64,000 bases of DNA. Source: Octopus vulgaris. Lineage: Eukaryota. The notes under the pieces were generated by a model. That model made no database searches. It was not told the origin of the DNA and saw only the letters and a program-made list of their open reading frames with translations. The DNA is taken from positions 105,648,001-105,712,000 of the forward strand of contig OX597821.1 in NCBI GenBank assembly GCA_951406725.2, read 5' to 3'. The position numbers and the translations under genes are program-made. Each line of letters opens with the position of its first letter. Positions within the stretch are counted from its first letter, which is position 1. Below, piece by piece: positions 1 to 12,513 of the stretch.

Positions 1-379
1 TTTCTGTTTAACGGTTTGTTTATGTTTCGCTGAGTGGTAATTTATTTATACTAAACAAAACGAAAGTATTTCTATATTTTTAACACCCTAAGAATTATTT
101 GTAAGTTTTTACTGTGTCAAAATAAAAAGAGAAACACACTCTGTATTCTGAAATAGCAGTAATACGTGAAACTTAGCAAAACATCAACAATATAGGAAAA
201 CAGATTTTTAGATATATCTAAGAAATTTGCTGACAATCACAAGCAATATAATATTGTAAAACAGGAGCATAAATTGGATTTTAAAATAAAGCGCTCCCAT
301 CTAGTAACTAAAACCTAAACCACATGTCTGACAGAGAGATCGCTTATAAACTCTGTACAATATACTTCATGTAGATAAA

Positions 380-592
380 GCAGTGGGCTGGCAGAATTGT
401 TAGTGCGCCGGTCTACATGTTTAGCAGCATCTCGTCCGTCTTCACATTTTTATTCAAGTTCCGCTGAGGTGGACATTGCCTTCCATCCTTTCAGCGTCGA
501 TAAAATAAGTACTAGTTGAATACTGAAATCGATGTATTCAACTTATCCACACGCCGAAATATTGCTGGATATGTGCCAACATTTTAAACCCA
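380..592 (+). mobile_element. tRNA-derived SINE, family A (Meta-domain-like core), decayed copy
   Basis: Head gggctggcagaattgttagtgcgccgg and core ttgccttccatcctttcagcgtcgataaaataagtactag, shared with copies at 3492, 50839, 55900 and 63330-64000. Confidence 0.75.
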
Positions 593-644
593 TATTTTTC
601 ATCATTGGGTCACATCTGACGAGATTGTTTTCGTCAGCCTCTGA

Positions 645-882
645 ACGCTGTGGACCCCTGTGATTACTATATTACGTTTTTAATAAGTAGTCTTATAGAA
701 ATTTCTTTAAGATTTCTTTCTAATTTCTTTTTTTTTTCACACTTTAACTTCTCTAGGTTTAACTATTGTAAAATGTCATAATAAAAAATCTAGTTGTTTC
801 TTGCAATACATACCAAAACACTACCCACCCCAAACATAATATGGACCCTTAGGAGCCATATGAACACCGGTTGAGAACTACT
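645..882. mobile_element. Decayed hAT-like MITE remnant
   Basis: The right end read on the minus strand is tagtagttctcaaccggtgttcatatggctcc, resembling the cagtggttctcaac TIRs of hAT/Charlie elements. Internal tggaccc motifs at ~650 and ~842. Left end not identifiable. Confidence 0.35.
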
Positions 883-1532
883 ACTCTGCCATGTGTTGCT
901 GCAGTTTTTTCGCTTGATTGCATTGATAAAAATTTGTAAACGTCCCTAAAACGTCTACTAAATTCGTTAAAAATCTCAGGTAACCCACATTGAACATATC
1001 ACCACATATATTCCAGAGATCATATCCTCAATACATAATGTAAATTTTTCCACTATTTCAACCCAATCGGGATCACTTCCATCGCATCTCATTATTTTTA
1101 TTCGCAATTTTATACGCTGTCTGGGTGTACTAATTGGAGAGAGTTAATCAAAGTTTTTCTACTTATTATATTATAAAAGTTGTCCATCGTATATATGCGT
1201 GGTAGCTTGATTATCTTTGAAGTAATGGCGAGCAATAGAAAGAAAATTAACACGTTATGCTTGAAAATAATTGCAGACTCACTCGTGCGATGAAAGTTTA
1301 ATGGTTTCCGGCCGGTTGACTTACGGAATCTACTGCCATAAATTCAATGATGAAATTCATATGCTATTCAAAACATAATGAAAAATTGCGCGAAAATCTT
1401 CATAATTTCTTCAAATATATATGAACACCGACTTACCAGCAACGAATCACACACACATGCAAAACATATATATATGCAAACGCATACACACACACCTACG
1501 TCTGCATATCTAATAATGTATGTAAATATGAA

Positions 1533-1699
<167 letters not shown>

Positions 1700-2056
1700 G
1701 TCTTTCTCTGTTTATATGATAGAAAATGAATGCTCGTAAGAGTATGAGAACATATGTGGTATTATATAATTATTGATCTGTGTGTGTGAGTATTCCATTA
1801 TATGTTTTTTTTTAATGTGACCGTGCAGACTGTGTGCTGAAAATGACGAAACCGTTAACACAGTGGTATATATATATATACATATGTAGTATACGGCAGG
1901 ATTGTATCATAATTTACTCTTGACATCCTTACATAATTAACTGAAAGATCGAAACAGAATTACCTTTGTAATTAAGGTTCGAATAATATAATGCATACAC
2001 ACACATATCTGTGTAAATGTGTATACCTCCCACACACACAAATACACGTATATATA

Positions 2057-2310
2057 GATGAGGGTCGGTTGGACCGTTCATAAGTTGACCAGAATACTCT
2101 CAGGTAATGTGATTAAACGAGAGTTATTTCTTTTTATATCGATCCTCTTGCGGCCCACACTTTTCTTACGTGGGTGTTGCAGTATTTGAACACAAATGAT
2201 GGAGAGTCTTTCGTCCTGTTGCTCAAAAATGTCATCAACAGTAGATATGGTACTATAATATGTTATTCTATTTCCTATAGTGTAACACCAGCTGATAATA
2301 TACTTCAATG
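2057..2310 (-). mobile_element. mariner transposon 3' fragment (transposase C-terminus plus TIR), decayed
   Basis: Minus-strand peptide ISTVDDIFEQQDERLSIICVQILQHPRKKSVGRK resembles the mariner C-terminal pattern (DFF.QQD.SF...GI..L..RW.KCV...GDY). TIR-like atgagggtcggttg at ~2058. Confidence 0.6.
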
Positions 2311-2698
2311 GACATATATTTCAAAGCATACATGTCTTGCAAACAACTTGCACATGCAAGTGCTACCAGTCACAAGCTCCGTATACCTGAAGCCAGCAAG
2401 TGTATGGGGTCATCAGGAGAGAATGCGTTCCGTATCGGGGCCTACCTCTCGACGGCATCAATGCGCACCGGCTCCCCTCACTGATATGAGGCCCCGCTTA
2501 CTAGATCAGCTGATTATCAAATTAAGCTCAATATCCTTCTAGTCATCGTTCATCGTCTTTTTTAACCAAATCCAGTGGCTAGCCTTCTCCACTATAGATT
2601 GGATATCGGTCATGGTGGTATTGACTTTACGATGAGCTAGGCCTAGCGATAACAACAGTCGTCTCACACTGTGTCCAACGAACCCTCTACATCCGACT
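2310..2698 (-). mobile_element. 5'-truncated HERO-like RLE non-LTR retrotransposon: ORF C-terminus (2539-2698) plus 3' UTR
   Basis: Peptide VGCRGFVGHSVRRLLLSLGLAHRKVNTTMTDIQSIVEKASHWIWLK matches the HERO-clade RLE C-terminus (EVGCRGF...AE.AS.WLW.KR). A GC-richer 3' UTR follows. Confidence 0.75.
2402..2460 (-). ncRNA. Candidate rearranged (non-circularly permuted) hammerhead ribozyme, one core mutation
   Basis: Minus strand: GCCGTC-GAGAG-gtaggcccc-GATACGG-aacgcatt-CTCTC-CTGATGA-ccccatac. Stem I GAGAG/CTCTC, stem III CCGT/ACGG, GUC cleavage triplet, intact CUGAUGA. GAAA is present as GATA. Confidence 0.55.
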
Positions 2699-2752
2699 GT
2701 ATTCGTTTCCATAATGAGAAACATTACATTAGATTACCATGCCCTCGTCTAA
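2699..2752 (+). repeat. 54-bp exact direct repeat, copy 1 (copy 2 at 3833-3886)
   Basis: gtattcgtttccataatgagaaacattacattagattaccatgccctcgtctaa occurs identically at both positions. Confidence 0.95.
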
Positions 2753-3037
2753 CAATTAACAATGTTCTTTTGATAAATATTGCGTAAGCATGCATTATTG
2801 AAACGGCCATGCATACATTATAGCGACGGTGTTAGATGAAGGTAGTATGCCTGCTTGCTATTTCTAGCAGATACTGTAACCAAATACAACCTCCATGTTT
2901 GACTAGTCGATATATTACGTTATATAGAAACTGATGTATGTGTGAACTTTGGTGCGTGAAATTAATTTTGTATATTCTACTCGAAATAAATTAAATAAAC
3001 GAAACCTTTTAAATAATTAACACTGGAGCGGAACAAT

Positions 3038-3096
<59 letters not shown>

Positions 3097-3491
3097 GTGT
3101 GTATTCATTCACCCGGCTGCACTTACAGCGAAATACACATATGCACATACACATATACACATATGAACATACTTCACACTAGTACATATATGCGAATGTA
3201 TCGTCGTGAAAAGGAGTACGTTTATGATTGTACATTTGTGTTTGGCTGAAAAGGTTAATATTCCAATTCAACTTTTGCCAATGGTGCGGTGAGAAAATAA
3301 TATCATAAATTCACATAAGTAACTTATAAACGCAGTCATATTAATTCTATTTAACCCTGAACATAGGTGAGAACAAATAATTAGAATTGAAGCAGATATT
3401 AATATCATTATTCATAATTCATTCCTGTAATTAACAAAGATCAAGTTTCATTTAATATCTTTATTGCTTTAACAATTTTTCTCTATATTAT

Positions 3492-3707
3492 AAGGCGGCG
3501 AACTGGCAGAGTCGTTAGCACGCTAGCAAATTGGTTAGTGGCATGTCGTCGATCTTTATGTTCTCAGTTCAAATTCTTCTGGGGTCGTTTTTGCCTTCCA
3601 TCCATTCAGCGTCAATAAAGTAAGTATCACTTCCCCACTGGAGTCGATGGGCTCAGATTGAGACCTGCTCCGAAACTGCTGTTCTTGCGCCAAATTTTGA
3701 AACCATT
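3492..3707 (+). mobile_element. tRNA-derived SINE, family A
   Basis: aaggcggcgaactggcagagtcgttagcacgc head, B-box-like cagttcaaattc, core gccttccatccattcagcgtcaataaag, tail aaattttgaaacc. Confidence 0.8.
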
Positions 3708-3832
3708 ACCTTCATTGTACAGACAAAGTAGAAAGATAAATTTACTACAGGGTAGAAAGATTAAGAAGCCTACCCATCTGCATTGACATTCGAAACACAG
3801 TTTGGGTAATAGTAGGTAGCAGAAAACCACTA

Positions 3833-3886
3833 GTATTCGTTTCCATAATGAGAAACATTACATTAGATTACCATGCCCTCGTCTAA
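3833..3886 (+). repeat. 54-bp exact direct repeat, copy 2
   Basis: Identical to 2699-2752. Confidence 0.95.
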
Positions 3887-5734
3887 ATAGAAAACTGATC
3901 CCTTCAAAATCAAAGTGAAATATTCAACTATATCTAATAGAAAAGTCCACACTGTGGTTGAGGAAAGACCTTACGATATATTGCTTTGTTTTGAGAGTCT
4001 AACAAAAAACACCTTCGCCTTATAAAATCAAGTGGGTGTTGTCATCTTGTACCGCCATAATTATCTCAATGGCAACACTCAGTGAATGTATATCTATGTA
4101 TATATATATTTATACAGACCTTATTGTAACGATGGAATTGAAATGAAAGCATGGTATTCAATGCAAACCATACAAGTAAGAAAACGATTTGCGATATTTT
4201 GGTCATACAGTAAAAATATTTTCATCAGTCTTCGAAGCAAAATAACTTAAATTGTAATATCCTTAATAAAAAAAAGATTGCGTTCTAAGAGTCAGGCAAT
4301 GGAACAGAACAACCGACAGACATCGACGAAAGCGAAGCAGAGGTATGTAAAAAGTGAGACAAACAGAAAGAAAACACAAACAGAGAATTAAAGAGAGAGA
4401 TGTAAAAGAGATTTTGGTCAATGATTTAGGAAAAATTGTACGGAATGTGACATGTTTGTAAGTATGAACTCTGTATACAAGGGTTACAAAGGAATTGAGA
4501 GCAAGCGGTTTTAGAAGGAAACAGAAAACAAAATAAAATAAATAAAACGATTTTTTCGATTACGTATAAAATGATCTGACAGATATGGTGTTTCCGTTTA
4601 TGAGCATCTACGTGAATGATTTCTTAAAATGTATTTTCACTTTCTCCTACTTCTCACAAGTGAAAGCAATCTTTCGATGATCAAAACAAGAGTATTATCA
4701 AAAAAAGAAATGCAATTTGTGCAATATGTGAGCAGTTACGCCGACACATCTTCATACATCACACAACATAACTACATATTTGATAAAGAGAAAGAATGAG
4801 AGAGAAAGCAAGAACAGAATCTCGGAAAGAGAGTTACAGATAAGGATATAAATCAGTGTATGGAATGGTATATAATTCGCCGTTCTTAGGTGTGGACATG
4901 ACAAAGCATAAATTGTTAAATTCATAAGTTTCCTTTCACACTCCACCATCGCTTTCCCTCACTTGTCCTTAACTTGCATTGATATAGTTATAGGCATACA
5001 GAGAGATATGCTGTTTCTTTGGGTTTGTATGTGTGTTTGTGTGTGTGTGTGCGTGCGGTGTTTCTGTGTGTACGCATTTGCCATATATTTCCAGTGCTTC
5101 GCAAATCATTATGCTGTTGCTTTAAAGTGTTTGGGGATGAATCTACTGGTATGTCTACGTCTAGGAATGTTCTGTCAATGTCAATCAGTGTACGTGTGCT
5201 TGCTTTTCATTTCTTGATTGTTACACCTGGTCGGTTTTCCTTGATCAGCTTCTTTATTGTGATAGATATTTCGCAGATGATTATAGCTACGTCGTTTGAA
5301 GCGAACATGCTTATGTTTACATCATGTCTTATGTAAGTAGACCTTTCATGTTCACAAGATTTCTTCCCTGTACTTATTCTGAATTTCTTATTTATTACAC
5401 AGTAGGTGTACCCAACAACAGGGGTTTCTGAAACAGGCAGTAAAACCAATAACTAAAGGCCATAAGTCAAAAATGAAAGACTTGAAAACAACAATATCTT
5501 CCATAGAAACACAAGGCGATGCACTGCAAGTGCAGCCTCTCGTCTTTATGCTGAACAACACATTGAATAACAATAGTCTTTTACGTAAAGATATCAGGCT
5601 ATATATTTTCCTGTGTTACTATTCTTAGCAATATTTTGACATTTCGAGGCTTAGCTTTCTCCTTTATTGAATGCAAAATAATCCAGTTTGACACTTTTTC
5701 CTTACAAATTTATTTTTGTACTAATCTGTAAGTA

Positions 5735-6045
5735 GTGAAAGCGTATGGCTCAGTGGTTACGATCGTGAGGTTGTGAGTTCGATACCCGGACCGGTCTGCG
5801 TGTTGTTTTCTTTAGTAAGACAGTTTATTTAACATCGCTACAATTGACTCAGCTGCAGAAATGAGTTGTCACGTCAATGGTGCTAAGCTGTATTAGCCTT
5901 TGCCTTTCCCTTCGATAATATCAATGGCGTGGAGAGGGGAGGCTGGTATGCATGGGCAAATGCTAGTCTTCCATAAGCAAACTGCTCAGACTTGAGTCTC
6001 GGAGAGTAACTTTTAGTCAGTCATGACCGAAGGGGGGGGGGTCAC
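5735..6045 (+). mobile_element. tRNA-derived SINE, family C
   Basis: A box tggctcagtggtt, B box gagttcgatacc, core ctcagctgcagaaatgagt. Head and core are shared with the copy at 62010-62232 (-). Confidence 0.75.
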
Positions 6046-6105
6046 TCACACTGTAAGTAAACATTATTGTAGGACATACACACACTCATATAAAACCCAC
6101 GCCCT

Positions 6106-6443
<338 letters not shown>

Positions 6444-6454
6444 CCTATGTATGC

Positions 6455-7000
6455 ATAATATACGGTCAGTTTCTTCGTTTATCACTGGGTTTGCTGCTAC
6501 TGTTAGATTTCACTCTGGGTTACTTCCTCTTCAGCGAATATAACATTTATTGTTTGAATAATTATCATTTTCTCCATTTTCATTCTCGTATATTTTGAAA
6601 TACGTTTTCTTTGTTTTGGCAGAGTCCGTATCTAAATTTATTATTTCAGTGCAGTTGGTTTCTGATTTACATTTCATTGTTTATTTTATTACAGCTATAT
6701 TTGTGCTGTGAATCACTTTGCTGTGCAACATAGGAACTGTAGTACCATTCTCTTTTGTTTGGCCGTGTTTTAAAAAATTGGTAAGGATATATGTGCATAA
6801 TCTGAGCATTCGTTCTGTAGGTTAGTAAACAACAATGAGGCGAAGATTGGTGATCGATTTGATTTGAGATCTGTAAGTTTATTGGTTTTATGGTTGTTAG
6901 CAACTCTGTGCTACGTGGCGGATCCATCATAGATGCGTTCACATATGTCATGCAGTATGAAAACTTTAATCTTACCTGATCTGTTATCCGTTTCTGCCCC
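6455..7000 (-). mobile_element. Possible heavily decayed Penelope-like element 3' end (GIY-YIG remnant plus terminal repeat)
   Basis: Minus-strand peptide fragments (GQKR..., YCMT, IYPYQF, TAKQKR) weakly resemble the PLE GIY-YIG C-terminus. They are followed by CTGAAGA...GAAA at ~6535-6507 and then a TA tract. Confidence 0.3.
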
Positions 7001-7673
7001 TTACTTTTACGTAACAAGAAAACACAAATTATAACTATCAATGATATGTAGCTATGATAAAAATACCTTTCTATAACACCAATATTGCCTGGCACAGCCA
7101 ACCGCTTTAAACAGTCTTGAAGGTTCAATAGGATTGCCTCTAATGATCTGATCATTAAGCACTTTAAGAAATATTGAAGTTTCAGTGGGATAGGCAAAAC
7201 AACAGTACAGGCGTTACATTAGTTCGATACCATACTTATTTATCACAATCGGAATTATTTTACATACCATTACATGTATTTCATTTCTGTGTAATTACCC
7301 ATTATACGAAGTCTTATTCTACTGTCGTTCCACGAAATACCATGAAAGAGAATGACTATATTCTGGTGAAATGCGAAGGTACATCACCAGATGAAACGGC
7401 ATGGTGCCGCAAAGACAAAGACTTACGTAATTCAGTTTAATGAACATTGCATTGCTAATGAATTAGAACGCTACACAAAAGTGTGTAGTGATTCTTTTGA
7501 TTACCAAGTCTTTATTTCTTTACTATATGATTCTCTACGTAATACATACTTATTACACCAATGATACAAATAAACATTCGCAGCATACCTGAGAGCAAAA
7601 TAAACAGCTCTTTAAAATTATAGGGAAAGCTGTACTAACCAGTTGAAGAATTTTGTCTGTATGGATAATCCGT

Positions 7674-7740
<67 letters not shown>

Positions 7741-7745
<5 letters not shown>

Positions 7746-7895
7746 AAATTTAGAGGACTGACCACTAAAAGTGGACAGTCTGTGTATTAGATATAGACGT
7801 CAAAATCGACCATTTTCCACGAAGAATGTGTTCTCAAGAAAATATTCAGCAAAAAAATCAGTGTAAAAATAAGCAAGACAAATGAAAAATATAAT
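7741..7895 (-). mobile_element. Short TA-embedded element with degenerate minimal hammerhead (PLE-terminal-like)
   Basis: Minus strand TTGAGAA-cac-attcttc-gtg-GAAA-atgg-TC (7837-7808); flanked by TA runs. Confidence 0.4.
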
Positions 7896-7917
7896 ATATA
7901 TATATATATGTATATAA

Positions 7918-7990
<73 letters not shown>

Positions 7991-8004
7991 CACACACAGA
8001 GGTA

Positions 8005-8380
8005 TATATGTATTGTATAGATGATCGTGGGTAAGGCCAAAACAATGGAATGTAAATGCAAGGTAAATCAGAAGAAAACAAAATGTGAATATTCTTGTAT
8101 TCAACATTTCGTGCCTATGGCCACATTTTCAAGAATGTTGCCGGTATGCGTGCATGTGAGCGTGTGTGGAGTGGCCATGCACAGAAGGGTGTTGCTGTAG
8201 CAAAGATCTACGTTCCTGTATCTCCCTTGTATTTTTGATCTTGGGTTTCTTTTGGTGTATGAGGATGGCCTCACAGCTTCTAAGATTGGATCTCTACAGC
8301 AACACCCTCCTGCGCATGTCCACTCCAAACTCGCTCACACGCACGCACTTTGGCAACATTCATCAATTTCTTGAAAATAT
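8005..8380 (-). mobile_element. Short element with ~85-bp imperfect inverted repeat (8125-8208 / 8289-8379) and minimal hammerhead; PLE-like
   Basis: Arms attttcaagaa..tgttgcc..gtgagcg..ggagtgg.catgc.cag.agggtgttgctgtag match in inverted orientation. Minus strand attc-TTGAAAA-t-gtggcc-ata-ggcac-GAAA-tgtt-gaat at 8136-8099. Confidence 0.55.
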
Positions 8381-8382
8381 AC

Positions 8383-8483
<101 letters not shown>

Positions 8484-8486
8484 TAC

Positions 8487-8543
<57 letters not shown>

Positions 8544-8547
<4 letters not shown>

Positions 8548-8687
8548 TGCATTGTAAATACCTTGTTCACAACGCACATGGTTCCGGGTTGATTGTGAAT
8601 AGGGCAGCTGTCTTCTACTATAGCCCTGGGCCGACCAAAGATTTGTGAGTGCATATGGTACACGGAAAATGTAATAAGCCTGTCGTG

Positions 8688-8690
<3 letters not shown>
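8544..8690 (+). mobile_element. SINE family B, 5' half, decayed
   Basis: cacatggttccgggtt...gtcttctactatagccctgggccgaccaaag..ttgtgagtg, matching family B. Confidence 0.75.
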
Positions 8691-8756
<66 letters not shown>

Positions 8757-9322
8757 GTGTGTATGTATATGTAATAGTGTCATTCAGTTTTATTTCAAGA
8801 TTTCTTAGCAATAGAGAAAGAGGAGGTTCCTAAACTCGATTCATGGCTCCTTCATTGGAATTTCAACACCAAAAACAGGATATTTATGTATGGCCGTATG
8901 TATGCATATATGTAGGTATGTATGGATGGACGGATATATGTATCTATGTATGTATGTACGTACATATATATTTATATATGTATGTATGTATTTATGTATG
9001 CGAATGCACCGAATTAGTGTCACTCCCAATTTCTGCTGAAATTGTATTATTAAACTCAATATAATGAAAGCTTCGCTTAATATAGCGCGAATCGCGGATT
9101 GAGCTGGAAAATGCGCAAATACAACGTGAGAACAGCCACAGCTTTTCCTCAGCTGGGTCAGTGTAATATTGGGTCAAAATTTATTCAGATGGCAGTGAAT
9201 GAAATATGAAAGAAAATTTTGAAATCCGTTTTATGTCAAGTTCCACAATGGACTTGGCTGATAGTAATCATGAATTAGTTTGTGGCGGTAATGTCTTTAG
9301 AAACGTGAGAAGAATTTGTATA

Positions 9323-9462
<140 letters not shown>

Positions 9463-10324
9463 GTGGCAGTGATGGTAAATGTGGTAATGGTATTGGTTGT
9501 AATAGTGGTGTTGGGTGTATAATCCGTGGTGGTGATACTGGTGGTGTAGATGTGATAGAAATAGTAATCGGAGAAGGAAAAATAGAAGAGGAAGGAGAGG
9601 ATAAAGAAGACGAAAATAACAACAACAAAAGCAACAACTACAATAGCAGCAGAACCATTACTACCACCACCACCAACAGCAACAGTAACAATCACAAAAT
9701 CAACATTAAAAAGAAGAGGAAAAGAGAGATAGAGAAAAGAGAAGAGTGATGAAAATAAGATGAAGAAAAAGGAGGGGAAGAGCAACGGAAAGGAAAAGAA
9801 TGTGAAAGTAAAATTAATGAATAAGAGAAGAAATGTTGGGAGAGGTGAGAAGAAAAGACAAGTGTGGTGGAGAGAAGACGCGAAGTAAGGTGTGAAAATG
9901 GATATTTATGGCATGACTTTCATAACCATCATTATAATGCCTGGAGAAATAAATAGGAAATTTAAATACCTCCACTTTATATCTGAATAGTATATTTGAA
10001 TACATATTGACATTCAGCCAATATTAAGTATAAAAGCTGATATGGTAAAATTCACTTTTCAGAGTTTGAAATTAATTTTCAATTAATGATATTCAAGGCA
10101 GAAACTGGGCATGTGTGTTGGAAGGTGTAATATCACAAATTGAATGGAGTTACTTTCAAATAGTATTTACATACTTCTATAATTAATTGAGTCCACATTA
10201 ATCTGTGTTAGATCTCACCTAGCATGATCGAATGAACATAAACAATTATACACACACTTTTGAGACACTTGAAAAGTTTGATGACGAAGTGAATTTAATT
10301 TAAGTCTTTATACAATTCTTGTGA

Positions 10325-10362
<38 letters not shown>

Positions 10363-12513
10363 CTTTTATTTCTTCTTTCAGCATAGCTGTTAAATAGCCG
10401 CAAACCTATGGTTTCCGAAGTCAGTTAATAGAGTTAAATGTTCAATTTTCATATAATTACTAAAACCTGGTCTGAAAAGATGAAGAAAAAAGATGTAAGA
10501 AAATAAAAAAAGGCATTTTTTAAAAATGGGAGATAGAAACAAGAAATTCAATTGACGCAAGTGTTCATATAACACATATCTTTATATAATAAATTCTGTC
10601 ATTGTTAGTTTTGTATCAAAATTTAATTATTTTATTTTGATTTTATATTCGCATTTGTATTTCTCTTATAGAAAGCTTCAATTTTTAATTATGCCGTGAG
10701 CAATTATAAACAAATACTCGAAACATTCAAGCACAAATAGAAAGGCTAAATTTTATGTCATAGCAAGTTCTTTTATATTTTGTCTGAATCAAGGGAAACT
10801 TGTTAACGAAACGTCAGCTCCGCATACAACACTATATATTCTATTCAAATACACGACGAATTATATATTTTGCTTCGGATAAGTTTGGTAATCAAAGTAC
10901 TTGGCCTATTATAAAGAACTTATGTTATCAATTATTCTTCTGTTGCATAATCTATAACATTCTTCTTCTGTTATCTTAGTTTCAGTCGTTTGACGCCAGA
11001 TATGCTAGGGTCCTTATTTCCATATCTTTGTCTCCTTTATTTCAGTAGTGTCGTAAAATACATGCAATACGGTTGATGTAAAGATATATAAATGTGGTAA
11101 ATTCTCAAACCATTATCGGGAATAGTACGCACACAGACACACACAAAGAACGCTGCAACTACAGCATATAAACACTTTAATTTAATTTATAGTAACTTCG
11201 AAACTCCGTCAGGTATGCGTCTTTCGCAGATAGCATATCTATTAAATGTTGTTTTAAGAATATGGGGCAAAATATTAGGTTCAATGGGAGACTGAGTATC
11301 TAGAAACATAATGGCGATTATAACAGGAAGTGGTTAGCATACGATGTAGAAACTAAGTGCAGATAAATTGTATGGTTAAATGATAGGATTAATGCTAATG
11401 TCTTATTGGATAGCTAGTCACTGTAATTGGAGATATTTATGTTAATGAAGGATACAACAAATCAAAATTAAGTATGATGTTAGATGTGGGGTACATTAAA
11501 ATAAAACGTCCTCATCTCAGTAATATGAAGGTTAAAGAAGTATATTCAGTTCAATTATAAGCATATAAAATGCTATGCAATAAATGATTTAATGTATTAA
11601 CATCTTGCAAAATGATAAAAAATGAAAGTGTATATTACGTTAGTATTTCGTTGGGACATTTTAGAAATAAGCGTGGCTTTCATCCAATTTAAGCATTGGC
11701 TTTATTAAAATGTCAATAAGAAACTGGCATGCGTTTATTAATAATTTTTTAAAATATGCATTTCACTTAAATAACTGATATAATATTGTAACAAACTACT
11801 CATGAAATTTTATAAACTTATTCCAAATATCTTATTTTGGTAACTCGGGAATTTAAACATAATTGTTTCAAATATTTGAATCCATGGGATCTTTATTGAA
11901 GCTTGTAAAACCTTGCTCTAATGTAAAACCTTGTCCCCTTTCTAAAATTTTGCTTTTCTTGTGAATTCATAAATTGTCATCAATGGAGCGGTCAGTCCAG
12001 TTTTTGATTATATGTGGAACTATTTACATAATTTTCAACACAAATGCCGTTTGATCCTACAATCGTAGAAATGCTCCATCCACATGATATAGCTTCAATT
12101 TCTTTATGTTTATTTAATCTAGTTTTCATGTATTATTTTGGGACTGGATCCATATATTTTAAAGATAAATAGATAGATTGATACCTAAATAAATATAAGA
12201 ATAAAGACATATCGATGTACATACACATATGCAAATATAGTATATAAAATTCCGTCTAATGACGTAATTCAGTCGCTATGTGCGATAAGTGCTTAGCCGT
12301 CTTTACCATTAAAATTCCGAGTGGAACTGCAACTTAAACAACAGTGGCGGCGTATCGCCCTACTAAACAATGGCTATAGATTGTTTATCATTGAACGAAT
12401 AGAAAGTGTGAATACGTAAAACATGTTATATCACATTAGAACATGTATTATATTATTGAAGAACAATTGCGGAGTTTGTAGACTGTAAAAGGGATTAAGT
12501 AATTAATATACAT

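Noticed and set aside
5100-5573. Overlapping minus-strand ORFs including a DIDRTF word
   Set aside because: Stops and frame changes with no extended similarity to TBC or other domains that I can support.
6667-7197. 176-aa ORF as a host gene
   Set aside because: No recognisable domain or splice context; at most a decayed Penelope-like remnant.
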